A DNA stretch of 64,000 bases, taken from assembly GCA_010909165.1 (NCBI GenBank), contig MU008195.1, forward strand, positions 62,001 to 126,000. Direction: 5' to 3'. Below are positions 62,581-64,000 of this stretch, piece after piece. Position 1 is the first letter of the stretch; each line of letters begins with the position of its first letter. The DNA is from Anthoceros angustus. Lineage: Eukaryota; Plantae; Anthocerotophyta. Under the pieces are notes generated by a model. It was not told the DNA's origin and made no database searches. It saw only the letters and a program-made list of their open reading frames with translations. The position numbers and the translations under genes were made by a program.

Positions 62581-64000
62581 TCACACCTGGAACCGGATTT
62601 CAGAGTCTTGGGTGTTCCAACCTTGGATCCCAAGCACAAGCTCTGGACCCACGTCCTTTGGCAAGGCAAAAGAGATATGCACGGCACGTGACTCCCCGGG
62701 AACTAACGAGAAGTAATTGTCGGTGTAGAAGGTGGGGAGGATACGCCGGTCGTGGTCTCCTTGAGACTTTTCTCCTGACAGTACTGACAGACGCAGCCAG
62801 AAAGCAACTCCAGAGTTGGGCTCCTCAGCATCGCCAGAGGTAACATTGCAGGCCGCCATCTCTTCGGGCTCTGTATTTTGTGCCTGGACGGCTCCATTGA
62901 TGACGTGCTTGGGCTTACTCCTCCTGGTGGCATTCGTGAGATGCACTGCAAGGTTGCAGACTCCGTGCTTCAGAGTTGCCACAGCTGAAGTTGCCACAGG
63001 GATTTTCTTGGATCTGAAAGCGCCTTCGAGCAGCCAGTAGTTTCCTCGAGGTAGATGGAGCCAGTAGAAATTTCTCGAGACTTCTTCGTTGGCATGGTTG
63101 AGAAGCTTCAGAAGCATGAAATAGACGGGTTTGGCATTTGGGAGCTTGTGGTAGGATATCTCATGCAGGTCGGTCGTCGTCCATGGCTGAGCACACACCT
63201 TCTCAAAGATGTACAGGTAGGCAAACTCCCCATTCAAGTCCCATATTTCACAGTGTACCGAACAGTCTGCCAGTGGTTCACGCGAAGTGTTCACAACCTG
63301 CATCAAGCAGGACAACCATGTCACGTATGTATTTGCAGCTTACAGATAGTACTCCACATTCCCAGCCACAACTTCAATTTGCTTATTTCCATCTCATACG
63401 GCTATTTAAAAAAGAAACTCAAAAAAGTTACCGAACCTGAACCAAGTGCGTAAGAAGATTTAGCTGAACATGAATAGCCTCCGCCGCAGACTGAACACCA
63501 AAGAAACCACCATTTTGATCTAGCAGATGATCATAAAGCTGCCCTCTTAGGCCTGGTCACCAAAACCAAATGCAGCGAGTCAGAAGTGGCCAACACGACT
63601 ATAACAAGAGCTCCGAAAAGCATGACAAAGTCTAACCTGGCCAGGGGTTTTGGCTTTTCCAGATAAGCACGCCAGTGTAGTTTGTCCACATGCGGGCATT
63701 CCAGCTTTCTATGAGTGCCCGGTACTGGACGTAGTTCGCTAGCTGTGCCTGTTGAAGGAAAATTAACCACTCGATCACCACAAAAGGCATGCAAAGTCCA
63801 ACAACTTCTTAGCTTATAAGAAACACACCTTGTCACAAAATCCTTCCATGGTCCTGGCATCTCCATATAGAGCAATCTGATCCTCCACTTTTTGGTCTGG
63901 GTCTGCATATGGAATAAACTTATGATAATCCCAGGTGAGATTTGGGACCTCCAGAATGTATCCATCTGCTCGTTTTTCTAGCCTGGGAGGGTCTAATGCC
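62581..64000 (-). CDS. Mannosylglycoprotein endo-beta-mannosidase (GH2), 3' part; gene runs off the right edge
   Basis: Exons [15 protein letters not shown]...[82 protein letters not shown] and GWN. Confidence 0.9.

Overview
Eukaryotic nuclear DNA from a compact, GC-rich land-plant genome with many introns of about 80-160 bp. Gene content and style suggest a non-seed plant such as a hornwort or lycophyte; that is inference. The flanks are gene-dense. Left flank: a kinase/PP2C-type gene, a small spliced ORF, an ABHD11-like hydrolase, VPS2.1, an extra-large G protein and a Moco-sulfurase-like PLP protein. Right flank: a LEA gene, a DPY-30 protein with a (PAEAPK)15 tail, a Ty1/copia relic, a TORNADO1-like LRR-Roc-COR gene, CSN3, LSM8, NMT and an endo-beta-mannosidase. 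Between them (about 21.5-42.7 kb) lies a rearranged accessory block. It holds three full-length copies and one 3' remnant of a gene encoding an N-terminal RPW8-like domain, a coiled-coil linker and a C-terminal domain resembling animal caspases (p20+p10), with the catalytic Cys kept and the catalytic His apparently lost. Two copies sit head-to-head in a 9.7-kb inverted duplication centred on a small satellite. The intact third copy abuts a decayed LRR receptor kinase. Single-base deletions, often in homopolymers, suggest long-read consensus errors, so frameshift-based pseudogene calls are provisional. All family assignments come from motif recognition by eye, not database searches.
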